Source of the DNA: Paraspadella gotoi
Taxonomy: Eukaryota > Animalia > Chaetognatha
Assembly (NCBI GenBank): GCA_051294375.1
Contig: CM119263.1
Coordinates: 24,356,994 to 24,420,993, forward strand
Length of the DNA stretch: 64,000 nt
Direction: 5' to 3'
Shown here: positions 27,420 through 39,984 of the stretch, piece after piece
Layout: the number at the start of each line of letters is the position of its first letter
Numbering within the stretch: position 1 is the first letter of the stretch
Made by a program: the position numbers and the translations under genes
Notes under the pieces: model-generated
Told to the model about the DNA's origin: nothing
The model's input: the letters and a program-made list of their open reading frames with translations, nothing else
Databases searched by the model: none

Positions 27420-28959
27420 TCTTTATCAAATGCCACAAGAAGAAAGGAACGAGCTCTTGAGATGCAAAGCTGTCGAAATCGGTGTTTTTACAACTGTTTT
27501 CTACCGGAAATTCTTGCAGGCTCGTTTGTAAAGTTGGGCAGTCAGATTCGAACGGAAAATCTCTATTAGAAAAAATGTTGAATTTTTTTTTAAGCAAGAT
27601 TTTCGCCTAAAGAGAGTGTTGCGTAGAAAAAAAGCAAGAATTTGAGGAAGATCTTTTCCGCTAAGTAAAGGTAAGTTAGCAAAGCGAGCGAAGTTTGACG
27701 GGATTGACATATAGTAGGTAGGTGTGGATGTTTGTGAAATGAGGGAATGAGTTGTTAAGAGTGAAAAAAATACAAAGAGGAAAAGCGGAGGCCAAACGGG
27801 CGGAAATCGGGAGGCGCTTCGCTGCGAGAGGAATGGAACCGGAAAAATAGTTGGAATTCTTCTCTATAGAAAAAATGTTGACTCAGGGGGAGAGAGAGTG
27901 AGAGAGAGAGAGAGAGAGGGAGAGAGGGAGAGAGGGAGAGAGGGAGAGAGAGAGAGAGGAAATGGCAGCGAATTAATAAAAAAGAATGGAAACAGAATAC
28001 AAGTAGTGAAGTCTCTCTCCTCTACACTTTGCAAAACTGTGAGGCCGGAGAAGTTGTTTCCATCTGCGGGGGTTTTTTTTTGGGGGGGAGGCAAAGAATG
28101 GGCACTGTGGGCAGTTCGTGATTCGTGCTCGAGGTGTAGTGAGAAGCGGCCTCCGCTGTGATTGGCGTCGGGGTGAATTGGATGTGTTGTGGCGAGCGAA
28201 TCCGAAATTGGAAATTGGATTTTTGTGGCGAAGACGCGACGAGTCTCAGCTGCGGAGGCGAGAAGGAAAACTTCGATTTTTGTGTGAAGAAAACGAGAAA
28301 AAAAATTGGAAAGAAAAATGGAAAGAAGTTTGGAAAGTTGTGACGTGAAGAGAAAAAAATAAATAAAAATATTGTCTTAAGTCTTACAAGTGATGGAAAT
28401 ATGATGAAACTCAAAAGTAATGTTAAAATCACAAATGATGTTCTAAAAAAAGGATATACGAAACGAAGCAGTTAACACGTTTAGAATTAATATTTAAAAA
28501 CCAAATTTTAACATATCTGAGCTAAACTGACCGACCAAAAACTGCGAATTTCGATAAAAAAAAGGGAAATTAAAATAAAAAATAAAAATTAAGGAAAGAA
28601 GCGGAAGACAAACGGAGCGTCGGCGGGAGTCGGCGGAAGTCGGGAGGGGGCGTTGGAAGTCGGTAGGGGGCGTTGGAAGTCGCGCGCCGCGGAAAAAACA
28701 GATGTTTTTTCTTCTTTGAAAAGAAGAAATGGAAAAAAAGAATAATAATTGAAAGAAAAATAGCGGAGAGAGAGAAAAAGAAAATGGAGAAAATGAAAGA
28801 AAGTAAAAACTGAAAAATAATAAATATAACATTATGAGATTTCTAATTTTATGCACAAGTAAAGTATTTATTTGCCCAATATTTCGATGTGTTTTTCATT
28901 TCATGATCAGTGGCATGATTTGAGAAAGGGATAGAAAATTTGAGAAAGAGAGAGAGATT

Positions 28960-29013
<54 letters not shown>

Positions 29014-29761
29014 CGTTAAAGAGAATTATTAAAAGGAATGAGATATGGAATGGAGGAAATAATGAAAGTGGGGAGAGAAAAAAAAGTTAAAGAAAAAAGA
29101 AGATAAAATTTCTTTTTTAGAAATGAAAAAAGAAAAAAATAATGAGAGAAAGAAAGAAAAGAAAAGAGAAGAATTCATCATCGTCTCCCTTCATCTTCTT
29201 TCGATGTATTAAAGATGAGAAAAAGACTCGATCCGCGAAAGAAAAGAAAGAAATTCATTTTCCCCCCTTTTTTTCCCCTTTCTTGTGAAAACGTTATTTT
29301 TCTTCTTCGAACGCTTTCGTGGGACGGGAGAGGGAAGTTGGGGGCAGGTCGGGTTTGAGGGGGGGGGGAATGCGAGGCCGGGATGTGCGAGGGAGTCCGT
29401 GGGCGGGGCTGGAGCGAATGGAGAAGCATTTTAATTTGAGTGGATAAAGCGGTTGGATGGGACGCGGGGGAAGGAGATGATTAAGTTGAGAGACTTACGA
29501 GGTGAGCCAAAGAGTTGAGAAGCGGGTAGGAGCGGAGGAAGCGGGAGGAAGCGGGAGGAAGTGCAATGGGAGCTGGAATGTAACGGGAAAGAATAATCGG
29601 AGAAAGTGGACGGCAGGAAGTGGGTACTGCGAGAAATCCAAGAGTGAAAGCAAGAAGCGTAAGCAGCAATGGGGCAGACGGTGGGCAGATAAGCAGACAG
29701 CAGAGAGAAAGAGAGACGAAAGAGATAGAGAGAGAGAGAGACGAGAGAGAGAATAGAGAGA

Positions 29762-29838
<77 letters not shown>

Positions 29839-30185
29839 AGAGAGAGAGAAGAGAAGAGAGAGAAGAGAGACGCGTGTCACGCGCTGGCTCGATTCCGACG
29901 GAGGTGCATGCGTCTGCCGGCCCAGTACGGAGTAATATAATTTCCACCGATCACTTCACGAACATTCTAACTCTTGTATCTTGAGGCTATCCGACCGTAA
30001 CGTTTATAACTTGGATAACGTTAAGTCTGCTGGGAAGAAGAGAGAGATGAGAGAGAGAGATGAGAGAGAATGAGAGAGAGAGAGAGCATGAGAAACGAGA
30101 GAGAGAGAGAGTGAAAATCATCCCTGTCGATGAGAGATGAGAGCAGAGAAAGAGAGAGAGAGAGGAAGAGAGAGAGAGAGAGAGA

Positions 30186-30224
<39 letters not shown>

Positions 30225-30495
30225 GAGCAGGTGGGCGTGGCGATCTGGCGGAGATTCGATTCGCCGTGGGTGGAGTTTTTTTTCCTCGCGGCAAAAGGAT
30301 GCAAACTCAGTCTCTCTCTCTATCTCTCTCTCTCTTTCTTTACCTCTCTCTCTCTCTTTTTTCTCTCTCTCAAAGGATGCAAATTCGTAGCGAGTATAAG
30401 TAAATGGGAAGGCCGAAGAGAAAAAATGCATATAACGAGGCGAAGAGAAAAGGAAAGATTTAAATCAAGAAAAATATTTAGTATCATGGGCGGAG

Positions 30496-30556
<61 letters not shown>

Positions 30557-31393
30557 CTCTCTCCTACATACACTTTTTCGGGTAATGTCTCCTTCTCTAT
30601 TTTTCATGGATATTTTGCCCGGAGGAAATTCTTGGAAGAGGCCGCCACGTGTTTGTTCCACCCATCATCTTTTTCCATTTCTCCGCTTGATTACTTCGCT
30701 TCCAAACTTGTTTACTCAATTCCCCCTTCCCACTTTTTTTTTTCTCTTCCTCCTAGGCGGCGCGCGCGTGTCGGTCTCGATTTATTATTCATTTGATTTT
30801 TTTATATCGTTAAAGTATATTCAGAATTGGTTTTAATCGGCTTGGCAATGATTTTTAAAATTAAATTCCCTGCAAGGCGCGAGGCGGATTAATGTCTTCC
30901 TTGAAATCCATTCTATGTTTTATGTTTATTTTATCTCAGGGATTAGAATTAGTTTTTTTTTCCTTTGGGGGATTGTATCTTTGTATTCTCACTGCACTGG
31001 AGGCTTATATTTTTTCTAATTAATTGTACAATCGCGGATTTCCGTCGTTATAAAGATTCCAACATATTTTTTTTGTTTTTCGGAGTTGGTTGAGAATAAG
31101 AGGCGAAAATGAAGAATCGATTTATCGGAAAAGCAAATGGAATCGAATTGGTTAATTGTATAATTGTATAATGTTTTTATCGGGAGAGAGTGAAAGATAA
31201 AACAATTGGGTTTATGTTTGTAAACAAAACAATAAGTAGTTAAAAGAAATACTAATATGGTAAAGTTTTGCGGCCGGCGTTTGAGAGAGAGCAAAACAAT
31301 TTTTGAGTGAATATTGGAATTTCTGAAGATTCGATTGGCGATTTTATTCTCTTTTTTACATAATATTAGTCAATAGTCAGGATCTATATTTTC

Positions 31394-31774
31394 TTTTTAG
31401 TTGCGCCGCGAGTACTAGCGGAGCAACTCTAGAAGTCATATTTCGGTCGGTGTGTCGGTCGGTCCGTCGGTCCGTCGTATGTCCATCTGTCGGTCTATCC
31501 CACTTACATTAAAAATGCATATAATTTGCTTATAGTTGGTTGATCATTTGTTAAGACAGAAAAAAAACATCAAACTGAGGGACTGCTAGCGCCGCCTTTA
31601 GGAATTTCTAAAACTATAAAGAATAAAAGACAGAATTTTTATGCAGTGCATTTCATAAATACATAATGAAAACAATTTTTTAGTCAGGTCATGTTATATC
31701 ATGTGATAAAAAAGAAATACACGTGAAAATAAAGTCCCTGCGGCGCAACACATTGGAATTACCGTTCTTGTTTT
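31394..31774 (+). mobile_element. DINE-1/HINE-like non-autonomous Helentron-associated element, copy 1
   Basis: 5' T-run, subterminal repeat GTTGCGCCGC (31400-09) inside a hairpin AGTTGCGCCGC..GCGGAGCAACT, then a (GTCG/GTCC)n microsatellite. Inverted partner GCGGCGCAAC at 31740-49. Terminal TTCTTGTT in a T-rich site. A homologous copy lies at 34862-36000. Confidence 0.75.
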
Positions 31775-32696
31775 CTGAAAAAGAAGAAAATATCCATTGG
31801 TTTTATCTAAATTTACGTCAATCAACGATTTCGATTCTTATCCCTCTGTCTGCCACATCATCCGTTCGTCCGTCCACGCGTAAAGATTACTTTCCCAGAA
31901 AGACCAAAAAGGCTCGAGGAGAATCTCCCAAGGGTCACAACCTCGAAAAGCCATTCGTTTCCGCTCCGAAGATTCCTCCACCTCCAGAGTTTCCCTTTTT
32001 TTTCCCTTTTCTTTTTATTCTTTTCTCCTTCGTCTCTCGCGATTGCTCCATTTTCTTACGCCCTTCATTAAAAGAGGTGAGAAAAGTAGAGCGCGAGCTC
32101 TTTTGTTTACAGAGGGCGCTCCGCCGCGCTCCCGACCTCTTCCCTCTCTCGCGTTTCATTTGCGAATCAACAACAAAATTCGAATCTTTTCGCGTCTTTT
32201 CCCCGGGTGACGTCAAGACCTCTTCCTCATGCTCTTCCCCCTCCTCCTCCTCTTCCTTTCCCCTCAATCCTCAAGTCTTCGATTCCTCTAAATAATTTTT
32301 TCCCGGCAGATGGCTTCCGTTGACGTTCACAATGAAATAATCTATTTTTTTCATTTTAAGATTAAGAGATCGAAAATAGAGAATCGTTTTTCTTTCAAGC
32401 CTCGAAACCGAGAGCGAAATTAGATTTTTCTCTTCCCCCGTATTTTCTTCATTGTTTTCTTTTTACTTTCCTTTTGTTTCTTTTCTTTTTATCACAATAT
32501 TAAATTGCTTTTTTTTCTTTGTTCTCCCCAAGTATGTTTTCTTTCATTTTCGATTTCGGTTTTCTGTCGAAAAAAATATTTGTCTCGTCGCTCGTCGATT
32601 GGTTTTAACTCTGTCTCTCGAGTTTTTTTTATTTTTACATAGTAACACTCACGCTTATCTTCACTTCTTCTCGCTCTCTCTCTCTCTCTTCTCTCT

Positions 32697-32799
<103 letters not shown>

Positions 32800-33462
32800 T
32801 TTGTCTTATTACGAATTCGCTTCTCGATTGAGTTCTAGCGAATCGAACTTCGGGTTGGATTCGTTGGGATCAGAATTTTATGCAAAAGGAGAGCGGGGGA
32901 CGAGGGGGGGGAACAAGGGAAGTGAGGTCGAGGGGGAGAATCGTTAAATGCAAAGACGAAGGATTGGAATATTGAAGTGACGGTGAACTTGATGAGGATG
33001 ATCAAGACGAATTGAAATGATCAGAAGGAAGAGCGAGCGATTCAGTCTTTTCAGTGTCACGAGGAATGATGACTTTACCTTTTCACGTTTTTATAATTTT
33101 TAAATAAAAAAAAACATTATTTAGGATTGCGATTAAACAAAGCCATAAAAGTTAAGATTGTACATTGTACTACGAACAAACTTTTTGTAGTTTTTAGAGA
33201 GTTGCTTAGTTGTTTGGCAGAGTCTAACGAAAATACAAAAAATTATCGGATTAGGTTATATGAAATTTCGATCAAAATTAAAATTCAAGAGATAATAAAT
33301 ATATATATATTAAAAAAAAAGAAATTGAATTAGCGTCGACATCCAATTCGTCGTCGTGGTCGTCGTTATGTTCGTCGTCTTTTTCAGATTTCGCTGTCGT
33401 CGTCGGTTTTTTTTTTATGTTAAAAAATTTCAAACAGATTTTTTCGATTTCTTCTCCCTTGA

Positions 33463-33503
<41 letters not shown>

Positions 33504-34419
33504 TCATTAGCGTCTTCATTAGCGTCATCCACGTTGTCATTCGCGCGGGTGGAGACGACGACGACGACAATGACGACGATGGAGACGTCATCGTGAATTG
33601 AATCCGAAATTCATGAAGTTTTCCGATCCAATTACTTTTTCCTCGTTTTTCCCCATAAAAAAAAAGAAAAACACGAGGCTTCCTCTCTCTCTCTCCTTCT
33701 CTTCTCCTCCCTTTCACTTTATCTCTCCCATCCTCGTCTTGTTTGGCTTTCGTTTTTTCCTTCTCTCAATCCTCCTCGCTACAGTTAAGACGCTACAGTT
33801 ACGATCCTTTCCTTTACAGTTACGGCCCCCGACGTACCCCAGTTTCACTTCCCTCCATTAATTTTCCTTCGCTTTCAAGTTTTTTACAACTAAAGGGTAA
33901 AATCCAAGGACCGCGCCTAAGTTAGTAACATCTTGATCTACTCACATGCATTCCGACAATTTTACGAATTATCACGACTTTCCTCACTTAAGTTTTAATT
34001 TTATTTTTCACCAATCTTAAGACTTAACACAAATTCAGACTTCCCCCTTAATCAGTGCTCCTACCCGAAACTTTCCATCCCTCGCCTTACCTTTCACCAC
34101 CCAACCCTCCCCACTAAGCAAAAGTGGGCGCGGCTCGAAGGCGGAGGCCATATTTTAAAGAGAAAAGAGAATTCGCAGACTAATTTCTCCCTCAACTCAG
34201 CAAATGTTGCGTCGTTAAGACTTTTTAGTTCTCCGCCATTTTGTTTGCCGAAGGATTTCGGTTTCTTTTCTCTTTTCTGGGTGCGTGTCACGCGACAAAC
34301 TGTTGCTAAGAGATGCCGAAAAAGCTTCTTTTTGCTTTCCTCTCTCTCTCTCTCTCTCCTCTCTCCTTCTCTCTCTTCTCTCTTCTCTCTCTCTCTCTCT
34401 TCTCTCTCTCTCGTCTCTC

Positions 34420-34450
<31 letters not shown>

Positions 34451-34861
34451 TCTCTCTCTCCCTCCTCTCTCTCTCTTCTTTTCTTCCTTCGTTCTCTCAT
34501 TTTTGTGAGTTTCTAATGTCAGCATCCGGCAATTGTATCAACTGTCTAATGTGTATTGATCTCCCATAGAGAAATTTTAAAATATACTTTTGAGTTTGCT
34601 GGCTATATGTCATTAATACTTTTTCACATAATTTGCTTCTCAGATTCGCAAATTTTCGTCAAATGGCCCTAATTTTCAACAGAGATCAGTCACCAATGAT
34701 CTTCGAGCAAAGCCCTAAAATGTAAACTTCGATCTTAATCTTAATTCTGAAACGTTTCCCTTTTTTTCGATCCGATTCTCACGTTCGTCTCGATGTTCGT
34801 CGATCGATCGTCAGTTTCGAAGAGACTTTCGTCTCCATTTTTTTCCCTCACGTAGCTGCTC

Positions 34862-36000
34862 TTTTTAGTTGCGCGGCGAGAACTCGCGGAGCAATTCTAT
34901 AAGTCACTTTTCGGTCGGTCTGTCGGTCGGTCGGTCTCTCGTTCGGTATGTCTGTCCCATCGGTCTGTCCCACTTACATTAAAAATGCATATAGTTTACC
35001 GATATTTGTTTGCTCATTTGTTAAAACAGGAAAAAACCTAAAATCTAAGTGACTGCTAGCTCCGCCTTAAGGAAATTCTAAAACTACAGCGTGACCATTT
35101 GAAACCCGCTGTTATAAAAAATTTACCAAATGAAAATGTGAAAAGATTTTTAGTTTTTTAAAAGAGATACTTAAAGACAAGACATTCTCATTTTTTATGT
35201 ATAGATATCATTATTTTTGCTTTACTTCTACTTTAACAGGAAGAGGTAAAAGATAGCTTTAAAAATGATCTCCCTGCTCAATAGCTTAATATTTTTAAAA
35301 AATTATCTTACTTTCTGAATGATTTATAAAAAAATTTTTAAAAAATAATAATATTATTGTTATTGCCTGAAAGTCCTTAAAAAACTGTATACTATAAAAT
35401 ATTTTTCAATTTTTCAAAAAATATATTTTTAAGGCCCAGTCAAAGTTATAAGGTACAGAATTATGATTACCTTAGTTTTAAAAATAGTTAACAGCAAGGT
35501 ATATTACTTTAAAAAAGTTATAATTGGTGTTACTGTATCCAATTTTAACGGGCTTTCTTGCAATGCCAATATTTGCACAAATTAATGAGATTTTGATTGC
35601 TTAAAAGAGCTATGAATTCCAAGTAACGAATTTCTCTTTATTTTTGATTGAAAAGCTTGAATTTGGTCTTCATATTTTTTTGCGCATTACGGACTCAAAA
35701 CAAAATTAATTATCAAAAAATGTATACATAAAAAATGAGTATATCTTATTTTTAAGTATTTCTTTTCAAAATATTAAAAGCTCCTCACATTTTCGTTTGA
35801 TGAATTTTTTCTAGCGGCTGTTTTCAAATGGTTACGCTGTATAAGGAATGAAATACGGAATTTTGATGCAGTGTATGTCATAAATACAAGGGCTAAGAAA
35901 GTTTTTTAGTCATGTCATGTCATACCATATGATCAAAGGGAAATACATGAGAAAATAAAGTCACTGCGGCGCAACACATTGGAATCATTGTTCTTGTTTT
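34862..36000 (+). mobile_element. DINE-1/HINE-like element, copy 2 (interrupted by a MITE)
   Basis: Collinear with 31394-31774 over 34862-35086 and 35842-36000 (shared TCCCACTTACATTAAAAATGCATATA, GACTGCTAGC, GCGGCGCAACACATTGGAAT, TTCTTGTTTT). Confidence 0.75.
35087..35839. mobile_element. Tc1/mariner-type MITE (753 bp) nested in HINE copy 2
   Basis: Imperfect TIRs of about 115 bp: CAGCGTGACCATTTGAAA... / ...TTTCAAATGGTTACGCTG. TA duplicated at 35085-86 and 35840-41. Paralogous copy 1 has a single TA (CTAAAACTATAAAG) at the same position. Confidence 0.9.
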
Positions 36001-37010
36001 CTTCTATTTTTAACTTCTCGCGCTTTTTTTTTGCTTCATCAGCGAATCCCGTAAAGCTTCGACCTTTTATGCGAGTTTTTTGTTGCATTTTACGTAACTA
36101 CACTATGTAAACTATAAAATATTAAAACTTTTGAATTATTAATTATTAGGAACGAAAATACCGGTTAAAAACAAGTTTAATCATAAAAAAATTCGTTTGT
36201 AAATTTATAAACGCATTAGATATTTATTTAATTGTTAACCTTTAAACCGTTAAACGATATTACGAATAAAAAAAAAGAATAAAAAAGTGTGTGCTTTTTT
36301 TGTGTCCTCATCTCCCTGTGTCTTTCTCCTCGTCTCTTCACGACACGACGCCCATTGTCTCTAATAGAAAAAATGTCAATGGTTTCTTTTCTGCTCCTGA
36401 TCTCCCTTGGACGACGTTCCCCTCCCGCTCCAACTCCTCGCTCCTCTTCCTCTTCCCCTCGCTCCATCGCCAACGAGGGTGAACATCGCTCCCGTGAAAT
36501 CGAGTATAAATGTGAGAATCGTGATTCGACCTTGGGTTCACCTCCTTCGCTCCGCCGCCCGTCCGCCCGCCCGCCCGACCGCCGCCCGTACGCCAGTTCG
36601 CCCGCCGCCCGTGTATTTCAGTCCGGCATCTCCCGGCAAAGTCTTCCTCCGCCTTCCTTTCTTTCCGGCGAAGCACTCTCGCCTCCCGAACCCCGCGATG
36701 CGGCCATTCTCAATCTCTTTGTCATAATCGTTCTTTGCCTCGGCCTTTCTCCCTTTCTGCCCCATTCTTTCTCTTCTTTCCTTTCTCTGTCGTCTTGCCT
36801 CCTCTTGACTATGATACCTTCCCTTCCTTCACGCTTTTGGTCATCGTCATCAACAACAACAATAACAACAACCAAACAAAACTCATCATCCTCAACATCA
36901 TCATCATCATTATCATTATCATCATCCTCATCATCTTCATCATCCTCATCATCATCATCATTAGACTAAATTTTCGACAGAAAGCAGCAGGTCATTGATT
37001 CGCCACAACA

Positions 37011-37062
<52 letters not shown>

Positions 37063-37195
37063 TCTCTCTCCTCCCGCACTCCACTTGCCGCATTTACTTT
37101 GCCCACTTTCTCTCCTAGATTACTTCACCCGCTAAATCCTTTATTCGTTTTTCCCGTCAGAGTTCCTTTCCACTTATTACGTCCGCCTCTCTCCT

Positions 37196-37248
<53 letters not shown>

Positions 37249-37406
37249 TCTCTCTCTCTCTCTCTTCATTTCTTTCTTTTGTTCACACTCCCCGGAGTAG
37301 ATATTTTTCGTTCTTACGATCATTTTGTTTCTTTTTTTTTTTTTTCTTCTTTGCTTCGTCTCTCTCTTTTTTTTTCCCTTCAGTATTTTTCTTTTCTACA
37401 ACTTCT

Positions 37407-38415
37407 NNNNNNNNNNNNNNNNNNNNNNNNNNNNNNNNNNNNNNNNNNNNNNNNNNNNNNNNNNNNNNNNNNNNNNNNNNNNNNNNNNNNNNNNNNNNNN
37501 NNNNNNNNNNNNNNNNNNNNNNNNNNNNNNNNNNNNNNNNNNNNNNNNNNNNNNNNNNNNNNNNNNNNNNNNNNNNNNNNNNNNNNNNNNNNNNNNNNNN
37601 NNNNNNNNNNNNNNNNNNNNNNNNNNNNNNNNNNNNNNNNNNNNNNNNNNNNNNNNNNNNNNNNNNNNNNNNNNNNNNNNNNNNNNNNNNNNNNNNNNNN
37701 NNNNNNNNNNNNNNNNNNNNNNNNNTCTAAGTCAGCCTTTCGCTTTTATCTCGAGGGTGAAATCGGGTTTTCTTTTTTCTCTCTTTTTATCTCCCTTTTC
37801 AACCTCCCCGATCTCTCGTCTACTAATTCTTCTCCTCCTCCCCCTTTCTCCCCTCCCTCTCTCCATCCACAGTATCGTTCAATTTTCTTTTCTACTTCTT
37901 CGCTTTTTCTTCTTCCTCCTCTACTTTTCGTCCCCAGATTTTTTGTAGACTCGAGTTACTATTTTCTACTTTCCTTTTTTCCTTCATTCATTTCTCTCCT
38001 TTTCTTCATCTTTCTTTTTTTTTATTTTTTCTTTACTTCATATTTCTTCTTCTTTGTATTTCCTTTTCTTCGTCTTTTCTCCATATTTTCTCCTCTTTTT
38101 TCTTCACCCAATTTTCTCATTTCTTTTCATTTTCTTTCACTCCATACCTTAATATTTCATTTTCTTTTTTTCCTCTTTGTCCTTTCTAATCTTTCCTCCT
38201 TTCCTCCTTTCTTCTTTTATCTTTTCTGTTCTTTCCTTTCCTCCATTTTTTCTCTCTTTTTTTATTCTCTTCCTCTTTCCATCGCCGCAGGACGCTGCCT
38301 GACCTTTTGGAAGGATGTGAAATTTCGCTGATTTTTCGTCAAAAAAAAAATCGCCAAAACTTAGAAAAAAATTATTAACCTAATAATAAAAAGTGCGTTA
38401 CAGAAAGGTAAAAAG

Positions 38416-38449
<34 letters not shown>

Positions 38450-39095
38450 NNNNNNNNNNNNNNNNNNNNNNNNNNNNNNNNNNNNNNNNNNNNNNNNNNN
38501 NNNNNNNNNNNNNNNNNNNNNNNNNNNNNNNNNNNNNNNNNNNNNNNNNNNNNNNNNNNNNNNNNNNNNNNNNNNNNNNNNNNNNNNNNNNNNNNNNNNN
38601 NNNNNNNNNNNNNNNNNNNNNNNNNNNNNNNNNNNNNNNNNNNNNNNNNNNNNNNNNNNNNNNNNNNNNNNNNNNNNNNNNNNNNNNNNNNNNNNNNNNN
38701 NNNNNNNNNNNNNNNNNNNNNNNNNNNNNNNNNNNNNNNNNNNNNNNNNNNNNNNNNNNNNNNNNNNNNNNNNNNNNNNNNNNNNNNNNNNNNNNNNNNN
38801 NNNNNNNNNNNNNNNNNNNNTCCATACATGCGTTACGCCTAACTCGCGTTTTCTTTCTTTCCTTCTTTTTTCTTTCTGTCTTTTTTCTTTCTTTATTTTT
38901 TCTCTCTTTCTTTCTTTTTCTTTCTTTCTTTCTTTCTTTNNNNNNNNNNNNNNNNNNNNNNNNNNNNNNNNNNNNNNNNNNNNNNNNNNNNNNNNNNNNN
39001 NNNNNNNNNNNNNNNNNNNNNNNNNNNNNNNNNNNNNNNNNNNNNNNNNNNNNNNNNNNNNNNNNNNNNNNNNNNNNNNNNNNNNNNNNNNNNNN

Positions 39096-39126
<31 letters not shown>

Positions 39127-39984
39127 TCCTTTTCTATCTCGCTATTTCCACTAAAACCTCCCCGAAGAAAAGGGAAGCACTTTTCTTTAATGCTCAAGAA
39201 ACAGAGATTTACGAGGCATGGAAAACGTCATAGGGAGGCATGGAACCCAGCATGGGATGGATAGGTTCGCTCAGGGGAAAATCCCGAAATAGAGCGAGGA
39301 GAAGCGATGATTTCTTGCTGAGGGAAGCAAGGGAAGTACGAGAAAGTATGAAAAGTATGGAACGTATGAGAAAATCTACACTTGCCGCCGCGAGAAGCAT
39401 AGCAACGAACATGATGCGGAAAGCAAAAAGAAAAAAAGCATGGAAAACTGAAATGAGGGAAAGCATACCAACCATGTTCTTGGCCGAGTCACCACCTTTT
39501 TTTTTATTTCCAGATTCGGAGACTCGAGTTATTTTTTTCCCCTTCCTCTTTCTCCTTCCATTACAGAACCATTAAGGCGACGGCAAAAAAAAAACAAAAA
39601 AACCCCAAGTCGCTCAGGATTCTACTTGTTTTTCTTTTCTGTTTTTTTTTTGTTTTGTTTTTTTGTTTTTTTTTCTGGTTTCGTTCGTGGGGGATCAGAT
39701 TTCTATTTGATGCTTGATTGTGTGTTTCTCCTTTCCCTTTCATCACAAACGAAACTGACCTTTTATCCTTCATTCTNNNNNNNNNNNNNNNNNNNNNNNN
39801 NNNNNNNNNNNNNNNNNNNNNNNNNNNNNNNNNNNNNNNNNNNNNNNNNNNNNNNNNNNNNNNNNNNNNNNNNNNNNNNNNNNNNNNNNNNNNNNNNNNN
39901 NNNNNNNNNNNNNNNNNNNNNNNNNNNNNNNNNNNNNNNNNNNNNNNNNNNNNNNNNNNNNNNNNNNNNNNNNNNNNNNNNNNN
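37407..39984. other. Cluster of assembly gaps (further gaps at 26743, 49334, 62971, 63420, 63675)
   Basis: N-runs at about 37407-37725, 38450-38820, 38940-39095 and 39777-39984, mostly abutting AG/CT or CTTT tracts. Confidence 0.99.
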
